A stretch of DNA of 60,342 nt, filler included. It is 8 parts of 8 records of this genome, joined end to end, with 100 filler letters (N's around TTAATTAATTAA, not from the genome) between each part and the next. Parts side by side here need not be neighbours in the genome. Positions count along the whole stretch, not along the records: positions 29,334 to 40,519 come from SRR31156797_67679; positions 40,620 to 50,136 come from SRR31156797_67695; 6 more parts are not named here. The stretch is one strand, 5' to 3'. The position numbers were made by a program, and so were the translations under genes. The notes beneath the pieces are model-generated. The model ran no database searches. It saw nothing but the letters and a program-made list of their open reading frames with translations, and was not told the origin of the DNA. Positions 29,334 through 42,077 of the stretch are shown in pieces. The number at the start of each line of letters is the position of its first letter. The stretch's first letter is position 1.

Positions 29334-30638
29334 AATTTCTCCCATGGCACCCATGACGAACACCTGAAAAAAATCGAACGTATCCGGGAGATCTCCAGGG
29401 AACTTGAAACTCCCGTGGCCATTCTCCAGGACCTGTGCGGTCCGAAGATACGCACCGGGGTCATCGAGGGAGCCGGCATCGAGCTTGTGCCGGGCAAGGA
29501 ACTTATCCTTACAAACGAAAACATAACCGGAACGGGCAACCGGGTATCGGTTTCCTACACTAACCTGCCCCGGGAAGTCCAAAAAGGGGACACCATCCTC
29601 CTTGCCGACGGCATGTTCGAACTGACCGTAAAAGACAAAACCGACACCGACATCTCCTGCGAGATCGTCCATGGCGGGCTTCTCACCTCCAACAAGGGCA
29701 TCAACCTGCCCGGCACCACCCTCAACATTCCGGCCCTCACGGAAAAAGACAAGGAAGACCTTTGCTTTGGATTGAAAAACGATGTGGACTTCGTTGCCCT
29801 CTCCTTTGTCAAGAGCCGTGACGATGTCATGGAGATCAAGGAGCTTATCAAAGCCGCCGGGAAAGACACCCCTGTTATCTCAAAGATCGAAAAGCATGAG
29901 GCCATCGAGAACATCGACGATATCATCGAGGCCACCGACGGCATCATGGTTGCCAGGGGCGACCTGGGGGTTGAAATTCCCCTTGAAGATGTGCCGGGAA
30001 TTCAAAAAATGCTGGTCAAAAAAGCGGTGGCCGCAGGGAAACCCGTGATCATCGCCACCCAGATGCTGCGATCCATGGTGGAATCCCCGCGCCCCACCCG
30101 GGCCGAAGCGGCGGATGTCGCCAACGCGGTCATCGACGGCACGGACGCCCTGATGCTTTCCGAAGAGACGGCCAACGGCGATTTCCCGGTGGAGGCCCTC
30201 AGCTACATGGGTAAAATCGCCCTCAAGGCCGAAGAAAACTACCGGCATGACAAGTTCCTCGAAACCACCGGAACGCCGGATATCGCGGCTTCCGTGTCCT
30301 ATGCCGCCTCCGTGCTGGCCGAGAGTCTCCACGCCAAGGCCATTGTCGCGTCGACAAAATCCGGTTTTACAGCGAAACAGATCTCAAGGTGCCGGCCCGA
30401 CGCCGAGATCATTGCCCTTTCCCCTGATAAAAGGGCCCTGAGGCAGCTCTGCCTCTGCTGGGGATGTGTGCCAAGCTACATCTGCGACCCCAAGGATACG
30501 GACGAAATGATCGAAAAGGGAACCGGGGGCGCCCTGCGCACCGGCCTTGTCCGCGAAGGAGACACCATCATCATCACCGCGGGACACCCCATGTGGGTTC
30601 CCGGAACAACCAATATGGTCAAAGTAAAACAAATTTAG
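29334..30638 (+). CDS. pyk: Pyruvate kinase (5'-truncated)
   Basis: NFSHG, DLCGPKIRTG, SKIEK, MVARGDLGVE, ATQML, MLSEETA. Confidence 0.97.
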   Translation, partial: NFSHGTHDEHLKKIERIREISRELETPVAILQDLCGPKIRTGVIEGAGIELVPGKELILTNENITGTGNRVSVSYTNLPREVQKGDTILLADGMFELTVKDKTDTDISCEIVHGGLLTSNKGINLPGTTLNIPALTEKDKEDLCFGLKNDVDFVALSFVKSRDDVMEIKELIKAAGKDTPVISKIEKHEAIENIDDIIEATDGIMVARGDLGVEIPLEDVPGIQKMLVKKAVAAGKPVIIATQMLRSMVESPRPTRAEAADVANAVIDGTDALMLSEETANGDFPVEALSYMGKIALKAEENYRHDKFLETTGTPDIAASVSYAASVLAESLHAKAIVASTKSGFTAKQISRCRPDAEIIALSPDKRALRQLCLCWGCVPSYICDPKDTDEMIEKGTGGALRTGLVREGDTIIITAGHPMWVPGTTNMVKVKQI

Positions 30639-30653
30639 ACACTATTTTTTTGA

Positions 30654-31937
<1,284 letters not shown>

Positions 31938-31993
31938 CGCCGGACACCGCAACGGTGTTCCGATTAGAAAATATCACATTCGTATACGAACTC

Positions 31994-32022
31994 CCGGCTT
32001 GGATTTTACAATCCCAAGCCGG
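31994..32022 (+). terminator. Hairpin after eno
   Basis: CCGGCTTGG...CCAAGCCGG. Confidence 0.55.
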
Positions 32023-32177
32023 ATACGAATTATTGGCTTATGACCAGCAAACTCAATATATACAGAATAATTAAACAATTAGCACCGTTTGTTCAGCAAA
32101 AAAGATTATTTTCGTTTTCGAATATATTTTGCTTGCAATTTTCACATTACAACTATACATAGTTGGTGAACTTTAAT

Positions 32178-32204
32178 TGTTATTGTAAGGGATTAGCAAT
32201 AACA
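32178..32204. promoter_or_regulatory. Inverted repeat upstream of glpF, possible operator
   Basis: TGTTATTG-N11-CAATAACA in the AT-rich promoter region. Confidence 0.35.
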
Positions 32205-32262
32205 GATTGGCAATAGTCCAACGGTTTTATTAATTTTTTTTTTAAGTTTTGCGGAGGTTTGT

Positions 32263-32973
32263 ATGTCTAGTTTTATGGGTGAACTGCTCGGAACAATGAT
32301 CCTCATTATCTTTGGCGGCGGCGTTGTCGGAGGCGTTGTTTTAAACAAATCCAAGGCTCAGGATTCGGGTTGGATCGTGATAACAGTGGGCTGGGGTTTG
32401 GCAGTCGCAATTGCAGTTTACGTTGTCGGCAAATTCTCAGGTGCGCACATCAACCCTGCTGTGACCATCGGTCTTGCATCAATCGGAGCATTCCCTTGGG
32501 CACAGGTTCCCATGTATGTAGCAGCCCAGATGATCGGCGCATTCCTCGGCGGTGTTGTCGTATACCTGCACTACCTTCCCCACTGGGAAGCAACTGAAGA
32601 CAAGGACGCAAAACTTGCCGTCTTTTCAACCGGCCCTGCAATCAACAACCCGGTTGCCAACCTGATCAGCGAAATCATCGGTACCGCCGTTCTGGTATTT
32701 GGCATCCTCGGCATCGGCGCAAACGAATTCGCCAAGGGTCTCAACCCCATGATCGTAGGTGTCCTGATCATCGCAATCGGCCTCTCCCTGGGCGGCACCA
32801 CCGGTTACGCCATCAACCCTGCCCGGGATCTCGGTCCCAGAATCGCCCACTTCTTCCTGCCCATCGCAGGCAAAAGGGATTCCGACTGGTCCTATGCATG
32901 GATTCCGGTTGTCGGCCCCATCATCGGCGGTGTAGCCGGCGCAATGCTTTACCAGTTGGCCTTCGCCGCATAG
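32263..32973 (+). CDS. glpF: Glycerol uptake facilitator (aquaglyceroporin)
   Basis: SGAHINPAVT and GYAINPARD NPA motifs. Confidence 0.96.
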   Translation: MSSFMGELLGTMILIIFGGGVVGGVVLNKSKAQDSGWIVITVGWGLAVAIAVYVVGKFSGAHINPAVTIGLASIGAFPWAQVPMYVAAQMIGAFLGGVVVYLHYLPHWEATEDKDAKLAVFSTGPAINNPVANLISEIIGTAVLVFGILGIGANEFAKGLNPMIVGVLIIAIGLSLGGTTGYAINPARDLGPRIAHFFLPIAGKRDSDWSYAWIPVVGPIIGGVAGAMLYQLAFAA

Positions 32974-32995
32974 CCAACACAGCTATCAAGAATAG

Positions 32996-34543
<1,548 letters not shown>

Positions 34544-34742
34544 ACGACCCATGTCGGTTCTCTCCCATGGAGTGAACTGACGACAGGCCTGACGGCTGGG
34601 GAAACTTCGACCCCTTCCCCGGCCGTCAGCCGTCATTTTTCATGTTCGCCGTATCATCCGCCCCATGGCCTGGAAACGGCCGATGCCTGATTCATCAACC
34701 GTGGTGAGCCTGAAGCCCCACCCTACAACTCAAGAGGAAGAA

Positions 34743-35489
34743 ATGAGAAAACCCATTATCGCCGGAAACTGGAAAATGAACAAAACCATTGACCAGGGGA
34801 TCAGCTTTGTTAATGATATAAAAGAAAAATTCGCGGGAACCGATGTGGAAGTGGTCCTGTGCCCGCCCGCCACCATGCTTGCCCACCTGAAGCAGGCCGC
34901 CTCCGGAACCGGCATCAAGATCGGCGCACAGAACATGCACCAGGCCGAAGACGGTGCGTTTACCGGCGAAATTTCAGCAGCCATGCTGTCCGATCTTAAG
35001 ATCGACTATGTCATCATCGGCCACTCGGAAAGACGGCAATACTTCAACGAGACCGATCAGGGTGTCAACGAGAAAGTACTCAAGGCTCTTGAGACCGGCA
35101 TCACCCCGATCCTGTGCTGCGGCGAAACCCTCGAGGAGAGGGAAGCCGGCAACACAAACGAAGTGGTGAAAAAACAGGTACTGGCCGGCCTTGAAGGCGT
35201 ACCCGCCGCAAAAGCCGCCACCGTCGTGATCGCCTATGAACCCATCTGGGCCATCGGCACCGGCAAAACCGCCACCAGCGAAGACGCCAATACGGTGATC
35301 TCCTTTGTGCGGGACAGCGTGGACGCCGTTTACGGCAAGGACGTTTCCGAAGCCATCCGCATTCAATACGGCGGCAGTGTTAAACCCTCTAACGTTAAGA
35401 CCCTTATGGCTGAAACAGACATTGACGGTGCCCTTGTCGGCGGGGCCAGCCTTGATCCGGAAAGCTTTCTGGGCCTATTGGATTTCTAA
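34743..35489 (+). CDS. tpiA: Triosephosphate isomerase
   Basis: AGNWKMN, GHSERR, AYEPIWAIGTG, YGGSV, LVGGASL. Confidence 0.98.
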   Translation: MRKPIIAGNWKMNKTIDQGISFVNDIKEKFAGTDVEVVLCPPATMLAHLKQAASGTGIKIGAQNMHQAEDGAFTGEISAAMLSDLKIDYVIIGHSERRQYFNETDQGVNEKVLKALETGITPILCCGETLEEREAGNTNEVVKKQVLAGLEGVPAAKAATVVIAYEPIWAIGTGKTATSEDANTVISFVRDSVDAVYGKDVSEAIRIQYGGSVKPSNVKTLMAETDIDGALVGGASLDPESFLGLLDF

Positions 35490-35512
35490 AACAGCCTTCA
35501 AGGAGAGAAAAA

Positions 35513-37066
35513 GTGAAAACCGAGGTACTCATCATCGGCGGCGGTGCCACCGGCACCGGCATTGCCAGGGATCTTGCCCTCAGGGGCATAAAGACCCTTC
35601 TCGTGGAAAAAAATGACATCAATGCAGGTGCTTCCGGAGGCAACCACGGACTGCTGCACAGCGGCGGCCGGTATGTTTCCAACGATTCGGAAAGCGCCAT
35701 AGAGTGCATGGAAGAGGGCAAAATCCTCAAGCGGATCGCCCCCACCTGTATCGATGACTGCAAGGGACTCTTTGTGGCCGTGGAAGGGGACGATGAAAAA
35801 TACGCGGCCGACTTCCCCGGGTTCTGCGAGAAGAGCGGCCTTGCCTGCCGGAAGCTCTCAGTCAAAGAGGCCCTTGAACGGGAGCCCGTGCTTTCGGAAA
35901 AAACCATTGCCGCCTATGAGGTCGAAGACGCCGCCATCGATCCGTTCATGCTTTCCCTGGAAAACATTGCCCATGCAAAGGCGCTTGGGTCCAAGCTGTT
36001 ATGCCACACAGAGGCGGTCAAGTTTGAAACCAGCGGCCGGCGCATCACCAAGGTATGGCTCAGGGACACCCGTTCGGGCAAGGAATTCTTCGTGGAACCG
36101 GAGCAGGTCGTGAACGCCGCCGGTGCCTGGGCCGGCAAGATCGCCTCCCAGGTGGGGGCCCACATCAACATTCTCTATTCCATGGGCACCCTGCTGGTGA
36201 CCCAGTCAAGGCTCACCAACGGCGTTGTGAACCGCCTGAGGCCCCCCTCCGATGCGGACATTCTCGTTCCCGGCGGCACCGTATCCATCCTTGGCACCAC
36301 CTCCGTCACGGTTGAGGATCCCGACCTGATCATCCCCACCGTGGCTGAAACCGACCTCATCGTCCGAAAAGGGGCGGAGATGATCCCAAGCCTGGAGCAC
36401 ACACGGTATATCCGGGCCTATTCAGGGGTCAGGCCCCTGGTCAGCCATGGTGAAGGCGGTGACGGCAGGAACGTCAGCCGGGGCTTTGTACTCCTGGATC
36501 ATGAGGACAGCAACGTTGAGAACCTCGCCACCATCACCGGCGGTAAGCTCACCACCTTCCGGCTCATGGCGGAGAAGACCTCGGACCTGGTGGCCAAGCG
36601 CCTGGGCAACACCAACCCCTGCCTGACCCGCACGGAACCCCTTCCGTCCTCCATGGAGGGCAAATGGACCGAACCCGGCATTGCCCCCAAAAGATGGATC
36701 ACAAAGAACAGCGACGTAAAGGACAAGATCCTGTGCGAATGTGAAATGATATCCGAACATACCATTGACGATATCGAACAGGAACTCAAAAAGAACGGGG
36801 AAACACCGGATCTCCTGAACATCGGCATGCGAAGCAGGCTTGGAAAGGGCCCCTGCCAGGGCGCCTTCTGCAGCGTAAGGGTTCTGGCCCACATGTATGA
36901 CAAGGGGTCTTTGACAGGAGACAATGGCATCCATGATATCAAGGCTTTTCTGAACGAAAGATGGAAAGGCCAGCACCCCATCTTCTGGGGCGATCAGATC
37001 GTCCAGGCGGAACTGACCGAAGCGATCCACTGTGGTCTGTTTGACCTGGAACTTTGCAAGGAATAA
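35513..37066 (+). CDS. glpA: Anaerobic glycerol-3-phosphate dehydrogenase subunit A
   Basis: GGGATG, NHGLLHSGGRY, ITGGKLTTFRLMAE, C-terminal CECE..GKGPCQG..C. Confidence 0.94.
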   Translation: MKTEVLIIGGGATGTGIARDLALRGIKTLLVEKNDINAGASGGNHGLLHSGGRYVSNDSESAIECMEEGKILKRIAPTCIDDCKGLFVAVEGDDEKYAADFPGFCEKSGLACRKLSVKEALEREPVLSEKTIAAYEVEDAAIDPFMLSLENIAHAKALGSKLLCHTEAVKFETSGRRITKVWLRDTRSGKEFFVEPEQVVNAAGAWAGKIASQVGAHINILYSMGTLLVTQSRLTNGVVNRLRPPSDADILVPGGTVSILGTTSVTVEDPDLIIPTVAETDLIVRKGAEMIPSLEHTRYIRAYSGVRPLVSHGEGGDGRNVSRGFVLLDHEDSNVENLATITGGKLTTFRLMAEKTSDLVAKRLGNTNPCLTRTEPLPSSMEGKWTEPGIAPKRWITKNSDVKDKILCECEMISEHTIDDIEQELKKNGETPDLLNIGMRSRLGKGPCQGAFCSVRVLAHMYDKGSLTGDNGIHDIKAFLNERWKGQHPIFWGDQIVQAELTEAIHCGLFDLELCKE

Positions 37067-37076
37067 GGAAGCGTTG

Positions 37077-38366
37077 ATGATAACCAAAATAAACACCACA
37101 ATAAAAACGGACCTGGCCATTCTGGGATCGGGCTTGACCGGCTTTGCCGCCGCCCTCTTTGCTACCAACCGCGGCATCTCCACCGTACTTGCAGGCCAAA
37201 GCAAGGCCATCGGTTTTGCCAGCGGCCTCATGGACCTTCTCGGGGTTCACCCCTGCCAGGCATCCTGGGACGACCCCTGGGCCGGTATGGAACAACTGCG
37301 AATCGATATCCCGGGGCACCCCTACGGCAAGATCGAGAACAAAACCATCCGCCAGTCCTTCCAGGAGGTCCATGATTTCCTGAACGACCAGGGACTTGCC
37401 TACCGTAAAGATGAGGCCTGTAAGAACGTCGACACCATCACCTCCCTGGGCAGTATGAAAAAGAGCTACATGGTACCGGAGGGGATGTGGCACGGCATCG
37501 TCGCCTTTGAAAAAAAGACCCCCGCCCTGCTGGTTGATTTTGCGGGCCTGAAGATTTACTCTGCCAAGCAGATCGCGTCCTCCCTTGGGGACCAATGGCC
37601 CGGCCTCCGGGCGGAACGCATCGAGTTTCCCGGCACCGAACACCTGGAGGAGCTCCATGGGGAACACCTGGCAAGAAGCCTGGATCTCTCCGCCAACCGG
37701 GTAAAGCTGGCGGAACGGGTCAAGCCCCTCATCAAGGACGCAGAGTGCATCGGTTTTCCCGCGGTTCTCGGCATGTACCAGTCCAAGGAAGCCATCGAAG
37801 AGCTGGAAGAGCTCCTGGGACTGCCCGTGTTTGAGATCCCCACGCCCCCTGTCTCCGTTCCCGGCGTCAGGCTCAAGGAAACCCTTTCAATGGGACTTGA
37901 AAAGCGGGACCTTCTCCAGGAACTGCCCCTGATGATCAACAAGGTCACACAGGTTCCCGGTGAGGGTTTCAGGATCTCCCTTGGAACGGGCGAAACGGAA
38001 ACAACCGTGGAAGCAAAGGCCGTCATCCTTGCCACCGGCCGGTTCCTGGGCAAGGGCCTTACGGCCGAGCGGACAGGCATCCGGGAGAGCCTGCTGGATC
38101 TTCCCGTTTACCAGCCCGCGGATAGAACGACGTGGCACAAGCAGGATCTTTTCGATCCCCAGGGCCATCCTGTCAACCAGGCGGGCATCGAGACCGACGA
38201 CATGTTCCGGCCGGTCAACGGCGCTTCGGAACCCGTTCTCGAGAACCTGTTCTGCGCAGGCTCCATGCTGGCCCACAGCGACTGGACACGCCTGAAATCC
38301 GGCGCGGGGGTTGCCATCTCCACCGCCCTTGCGGCAGTAAACGCCTTCGAGAAAACCACCGCTTAA
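37077..38366 (+). CDS. glpB: Anaerobic glycerol-3-phosphate dehydrogenase subunit B
   Basis: GSGLTG, FPAVLG, EIPTPPVSVPGVRL, LATGRFLGKGL, KSGAGVAI. Confidence 0.92.
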   Translation: MITKINTTIKTDLAILGSGLTGFAAALFATNRGISTVLAGQSKAIGFASGLMDLLGVHPCQASWDDPWAGMEQLRIDIPGHPYGKIENKTIRQSFQEVHDFLNDQGLAYRKDEACKNVDTITSLGSMKKSYMVPEGMWHGIVAFEKKTPALLVDFAGLKIYSAKQIASSLGDQWPGLRAERIEFPGTEHLEELHGEHLARSLDLSANRVKLAERVKPLIKDAECIGFPAVLGMYQSKEAIEELEELLGLPVFEIPTPPVSVPGVRLKETLSMGLEKRDLLQELPLMINKVTQVPGEGFRISLGTGETETTVEAKAVILATGRFLGKGLTAERTGIRESLLDLPVYQPADRTTWHKQDLFDPQGHPVNQAGIETDDMFRPVNGASEPVLENLFCAGSMLAHSDWTRLKSGAGVAISTALAAVNAFEKTTA

Positions 38367-38392
38367 TTCACACAGCTAAAGTCACACCCCAT

Positions 38393-38427
38393 GGCGGGTA
38401 ACAGGCATTTGCCACCTGTTACCCGCC
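38393..38427 (+). terminator. Hairpin ending the glp operon
   Basis: Perfect 13-bp stem GGCGGGTAACAGG/CCTGTTACCCGCC. Confidence 0.65.
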
Positions 38428-38624
38428 CTTCAAGAATACTGTCCATATGGTATTCGATCAACCGGCCATTTTTCGGCCATGTAATTATCGAACAGGACCA
38501 GACACCGAAGCCTATAAATGGCTTTTCATTTGCCCGCCGTTGATGTAAGAGATTCAGTTTCGGGGAACCTTGATAGAGGTGAGATTAAACCGGCTGCTCC
38601 CGGTTCCCGGCTCCGGGGGGCGGC

Positions 38625-40400
38625 GTGAGGCATGGATGGAATAAGTTGATAAAAATCTGGGGATTTATCGTTTTGGGCCTGCTGGCGGTATTGCCGGTGA
38701 CCTGTGGAGCTGCTGAGGTTCTAACGCTTGAGCGGACAGGGGAATCCTATGAATTCGCCCGTAATGTGGAGATACTGGAGGATCCCGGCCAAGGGTTGAC
38801 ATTAAACCAGGTCATGGCACTTGACGGCAAAGGTTTTGAGGCCAATCCCCATGGGGTAATCTCCATTGGCAGGTCTGCTTCCGCTTTCTGGTTCCGGTTC
38901 AGGCTTGCCCCTGCACCGAAAGCACAAACGCCGGCCGGTGCCCAGGGATGCAAATGGCTCTTGGAGGTGGCCAAGCAGGGAATCGGCGCCCTGGATCTTT
39001 ACGTGCCGGTGGTGTCTGATACCGGAAACAGCTGTTATCAAAAAACCGATTTCGGCACCTGGCGGCCGCCTTCCCTCCGGCATATTCCGGCCCGGACTGC
39101 CGTAACCGCCCTGCCGGTAACCTGGGACGGACAGTCCTGGTTCTATCTGAGGGTAAAAAGCGACGTCTCCATTAATTTCGCCCTGAGGATCCATTCTACG
39201 GCCGGATATATCAAACACATGCTGCCTGACCTATACGGGTTCGGCATCCTCTTCGGCATCCTTGCCGGTATGATCCTGTACAATCTGTCCATTTATCTGT
39301 TTTTGCAGGATCTGACCTATTTGCTTTATGTGCTTTACATTTTTTCCTTGTTCTGGTTTATGACCCTTTTGTACGGCCATTTTGAACTGGTGTTCCATCC
39401 GGATCCAACGGTAATGCGCATTTGCTTTTTTGCGGCCTCCGGGTGCACCTGGTTTTTCGGCGGGGCCTTCGGCCGTCTGTTTTTAAATACAAAAACCTAT
39501 GCCCCGGTACTCGACAAAATTATTCTGACCCTGATGTTGCTGAGTCTTGGGGTCCCCGCAATCGCCTTTGCAGGATTTACCTATCTGGCCCATCAACTCA
39601 ACCCTCTTTTGGGCATCACCTGTCCGCCAATCGCCATTCTGGCGGCGTTGAGGGTTTGGCAAAAGGGATTTGCCCCGGCCAAGTATTTTCTGGCAGCCTG
39701 GCTGGGCCTGGTATTGGGCATCACCCTTTACTCCATCGGCGGGACCCTCATCCCCAGAACCCCGGTGACCATCTACACCTTTGCCGTCGGCGCAGGTGTG
39801 GAGTCCATTCTATTATCCCTGGCCCTGGCAGACCGTATCCGGATGCTGCAAAAAGAAAAGGATGCCTTGCGCCTGAGTGCAAAACGGTTCCGGGCGGCTG
39901 CGATCACCGACCCCATGACCGGGCTGTTCAACCGCCGCTATCTTAAGGACATCCTGGATCGTGAAGTTCCCAAGGCCCGGAAGGATCACACCCCCTTGTC
40001 CCTATTGATGATGGATGTGGATAATTTTAAACGGTTCAATGATACCTTTGGCCATCCCGAAGGGGACCGGGTGCTCAAGACCATGGCCGAGGTGTTGTTT
40101 CAGCAGGTCCGGGAACAGGACATTCCCTGCCGCTACGGGGGGGAGGAATTTGTGGTGGTGCTGCCCAATACCGGAATGACGGCCGCCACGGGGGTTGCCC
40201 AACGCATCAGGGATACCTTTGCCGCCAGGACGTTCCGCCCCAAAGCCCATGATGCCGGGAACCCGGAGACACAGATGACCGTGAGTATCGGGGTGGCAAC
40301 GCTTACCGCCGGGGAAACGGGTGCGGAACTGATTCAAAGGGCGGACAAGGCCCTGTACCGGGCAAAAGCCAATGGAAAAAACCGGGTGGTTTCAGCCTAA
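38625..40400 (+). CDS. 7TMR-DISM sensor diguanylate cyclase
   Basis: DISMED2-like WFRF and YLRVKS, 7 TM segments, DNFKRFND, I-site REQD, active site GGEEF. Confidence 0.92.
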   Translation: MRHGWNKLIKIWGFIVLGLLAVLPVTCGAAEVLTLERTGESYEFARNVEILEDPGQGLTLNQVMALDGKGFEANPHGVISIGRSASAFWFRFRLAPAPKAQTPAGAQGCKWLLEVAKQGIGALDLYVPVVSDTGNSCYQKTDFGTWRPPSLRHIPARTAVTALPVTWDGQSWFYLRVKSDVSINFALRIHSTAGYIKHMLPDLYGFGILFGILAGMILYNLSIYLFLQDLTYLLYVLYIFSLFWFMTLLYGHFELVFHPDPTVMRICFFAASGCTWFFGGAFGRLFLNTKTYAPVLDKIILTLMLLSLGVPAIAFAGFTYLAHQLNPLLGITCPPIAILAALRVWQKGFAPAKYFLAAWLGLVLGITLYSIGGTLIPRTPVTIYTFAVGAGVESILLSLALADRIRMLQKEKDALRLSAKRFRAAAITDPMTGLFNRRYLKDILDREVPKARKDHTPLSLLMMDVDNFKRFNDTFGHPEGDRVLKTMAEVLFQQVREQDIPCRYGGEEFVVVLPNTGMTAATGVAQRIRDTFAARTFRPKAHDAGNPETQMTVSIGVATLTAGETGAELIQRADKALYRAKANGKNRVVSA

Positions 40401-40403
40401 GCG

Positions 40404-40459
40404 CAGGCCCCTTGTCAGCCATGGTGAAGGCGACGACGACCGGTTCCTGGCAAGGGCCT
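40404..40459 (+). pseudogene. Chimeric glpA::glpB remnant
   Basis: 40404-40432 matches glpA 36430-36458 at 28/29; 40440-40459 matches glpB 38039-38059 with a 1-nt deletion. Confidence 0.7.
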
Positions 40460-40619
40460 GGAAATCCATAAAACGTCTCGCTGAAGTTCGAATAAAAAAG
40501 CTCGAATCCCACTTGATTANNNNNNNNNNNNNNNNNNNNNNNNNNNNNNNNNNNNNNNNNNNNTTAATTAATTAANNNNNNNNNNNNNNNNNNNNNNNNN
40601 NNNNNNNNNNNNNNNNNNN

Positions 40620-40940
40620 CACTACCACGATTTTGGACGGGTCGGCCATGACCTCCATACAGCCGGCAAAGAGGGCGTAGATGCCTTCTTCCGAAACCCG
40701 CTGATCGCAGGATTTCATCACCCCGCCAATGGAATCTACCGTATACTGGTTGGAAAGGCTGCGACCTTCCAAAAAGTCATGGCTGGCTGTAAAACCGCTG
40801 TCAATGTCCTTGCGCTCGATGCCGGCGTCATCCATGGCCTGGCGCGTGGCATAGAATAGCATTTCCTTATGCGACAGTTCGCAGACCGGATCCTCCGGTT
40901 CGTACAGGCCCATTCCAACAATACAGACCTGGTTATCCAT
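40620..40940 (-). CDS. Thiolase-like (SCP2-type) protein N-terminus (3'-truncated)
   Basis: VCIVGMG, LFYATRQAMDDAGIERKDID, DFLEGRSLS. Confidence 0.7.
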
Positions 40941-40993
40941 TTTTCCCTCCATTAGCTGATTTTGTTTTCACAATCTTGGACCATTCTTAGTTT

Positions 40994-41017
40994 AGCCTAC
41001 CGGCCAGCCGGTAGGCT
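40994..41017. promoter_or_regulatory. Palindromic operator (TetR-type) upstream of the thiolase-like gene
   Basis: AGCCTACCGGC-CA-GCCGGTAGGCT; related site ACCGGCCGGCCGGT at 41803-41816. Confidence 0.6.
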
Positions 41018-41123
41018 TTTTGGTGAAAATTTTTTCGGAAAATTTCCGATTGAAAAACTTAACTCCGTTTTATACATTTAAAACATCAGGTTACAGTTTT
41101 AGGCCAGATATAAATATCCAGAT

Positions 41124-41741
41124 TTAATCAGCCTCTTTTTTTAATACCCCCTCTGTGAATATATTTGAAAATATTTTAGCGATTTGATTGAATTGAAGTC
41201 TTCCTTCCGAAGAGGCCCATTTGTAAACCCAGTTGCACATTCCAATCGCGGCCCATCTCATCACCTTTGCATCCAAATCCTGCCTGACGACGCCCAGTTC
41301 AATCCCTTCGTTCAGAATATTTTCCCAGAGAGTAATATATTCCCGGAATTTTCCTTTTATCACCTTTTCCTGCTCTGGATGAAGGGAATCAGTATTTTCG
41401 TGGAGCATGACGCTTGCGCCGGGGTGGTGCGTCAAATAAAACTGAAAATGCTGCCGAAAGGCCAGATCAAGCTTTTCCTCTGTTCCTATGGGCAGCTCCG
41501 AAATATGTTTCATTCGGCTGATGGCATCGGAAATGCTCCTATCGGCAATTTCGAATAGAAGGTCGTGTTTGCTTTTGAAGTAATGGTAAAGTGTGGCTTT
41601 TGTCAGGCCGATCTCACCTGCAATATCTTGAAGGGTCGTTCGTTCGTATCCTTTTTCCTTGAACATGTTGGCGGCTGCCTCAATTATTTGGGATTTCCTG
41701 TCGCCCTTGGTTGATGAATAAATATATGCGTTTTTTTCCAT
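41124..41741 (-). CDS. TetR/AcrR-family regulator (KstR2-like C-terminus)
   Basis: FKEKGYERTTLQDIA..GLTKATLYHYFKSK; GMCNWVYKW. Confidence 0.93.
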   Translation of the reverse strand: MEKNAYIYSSTKGDRKSQIIEAAANMFKEKGYERTTLQDIAGEIGLTKATLYHYFKSKHDLLFEIADRSISDAISRMKHISELPIGTEEKLDLAFRQHFQFYLTHHPGASVMLHENTDSLHPEQEKVIKGKFREYITLWENILNEGIELGVVRQDLDAKVMRWAAIGMCNWVYKWASSEGRLQFNQIAKIFSNIFTEGVLKKEAD

Positions 41742-41802
41742 TCAAGACCCTTCCGTCATTCGTCCTGGCGTGTATGCGCAATGTCAACAACGGCCATTTT
41801 CT

Positions 41803-41816
41803 ACCGGCCGGCCGGT
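41803..41816. promoter_or_regulatory. Palindromic operator upstream of the TetR gene
   Basis: Perfect palindrome ACCGGCCGGCCGGT. Confidence 0.55.
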
Positions 41817-42077
41817 TGACTCCACTTTATCCAACCATCTAACCCCTGTCAAGGGAAATATCCAGGTCAGCCCTATTGTCGCGCGCCCCGGAACCTGAAC
41901 TGATGCGGGCCATCCTTTTTGGTTGCTCCTGGCATTCAATGTAACCGAACTCCAATCACTTCTTTACTTTTTAACTATGTTACCGGACATCTTAATAATG
42001 TGCTAACATCGAATGAATGAATTGTCCACAATATATGATGCCTTTTAAAGCGACATCCCCAATGAATAATTTAGACT

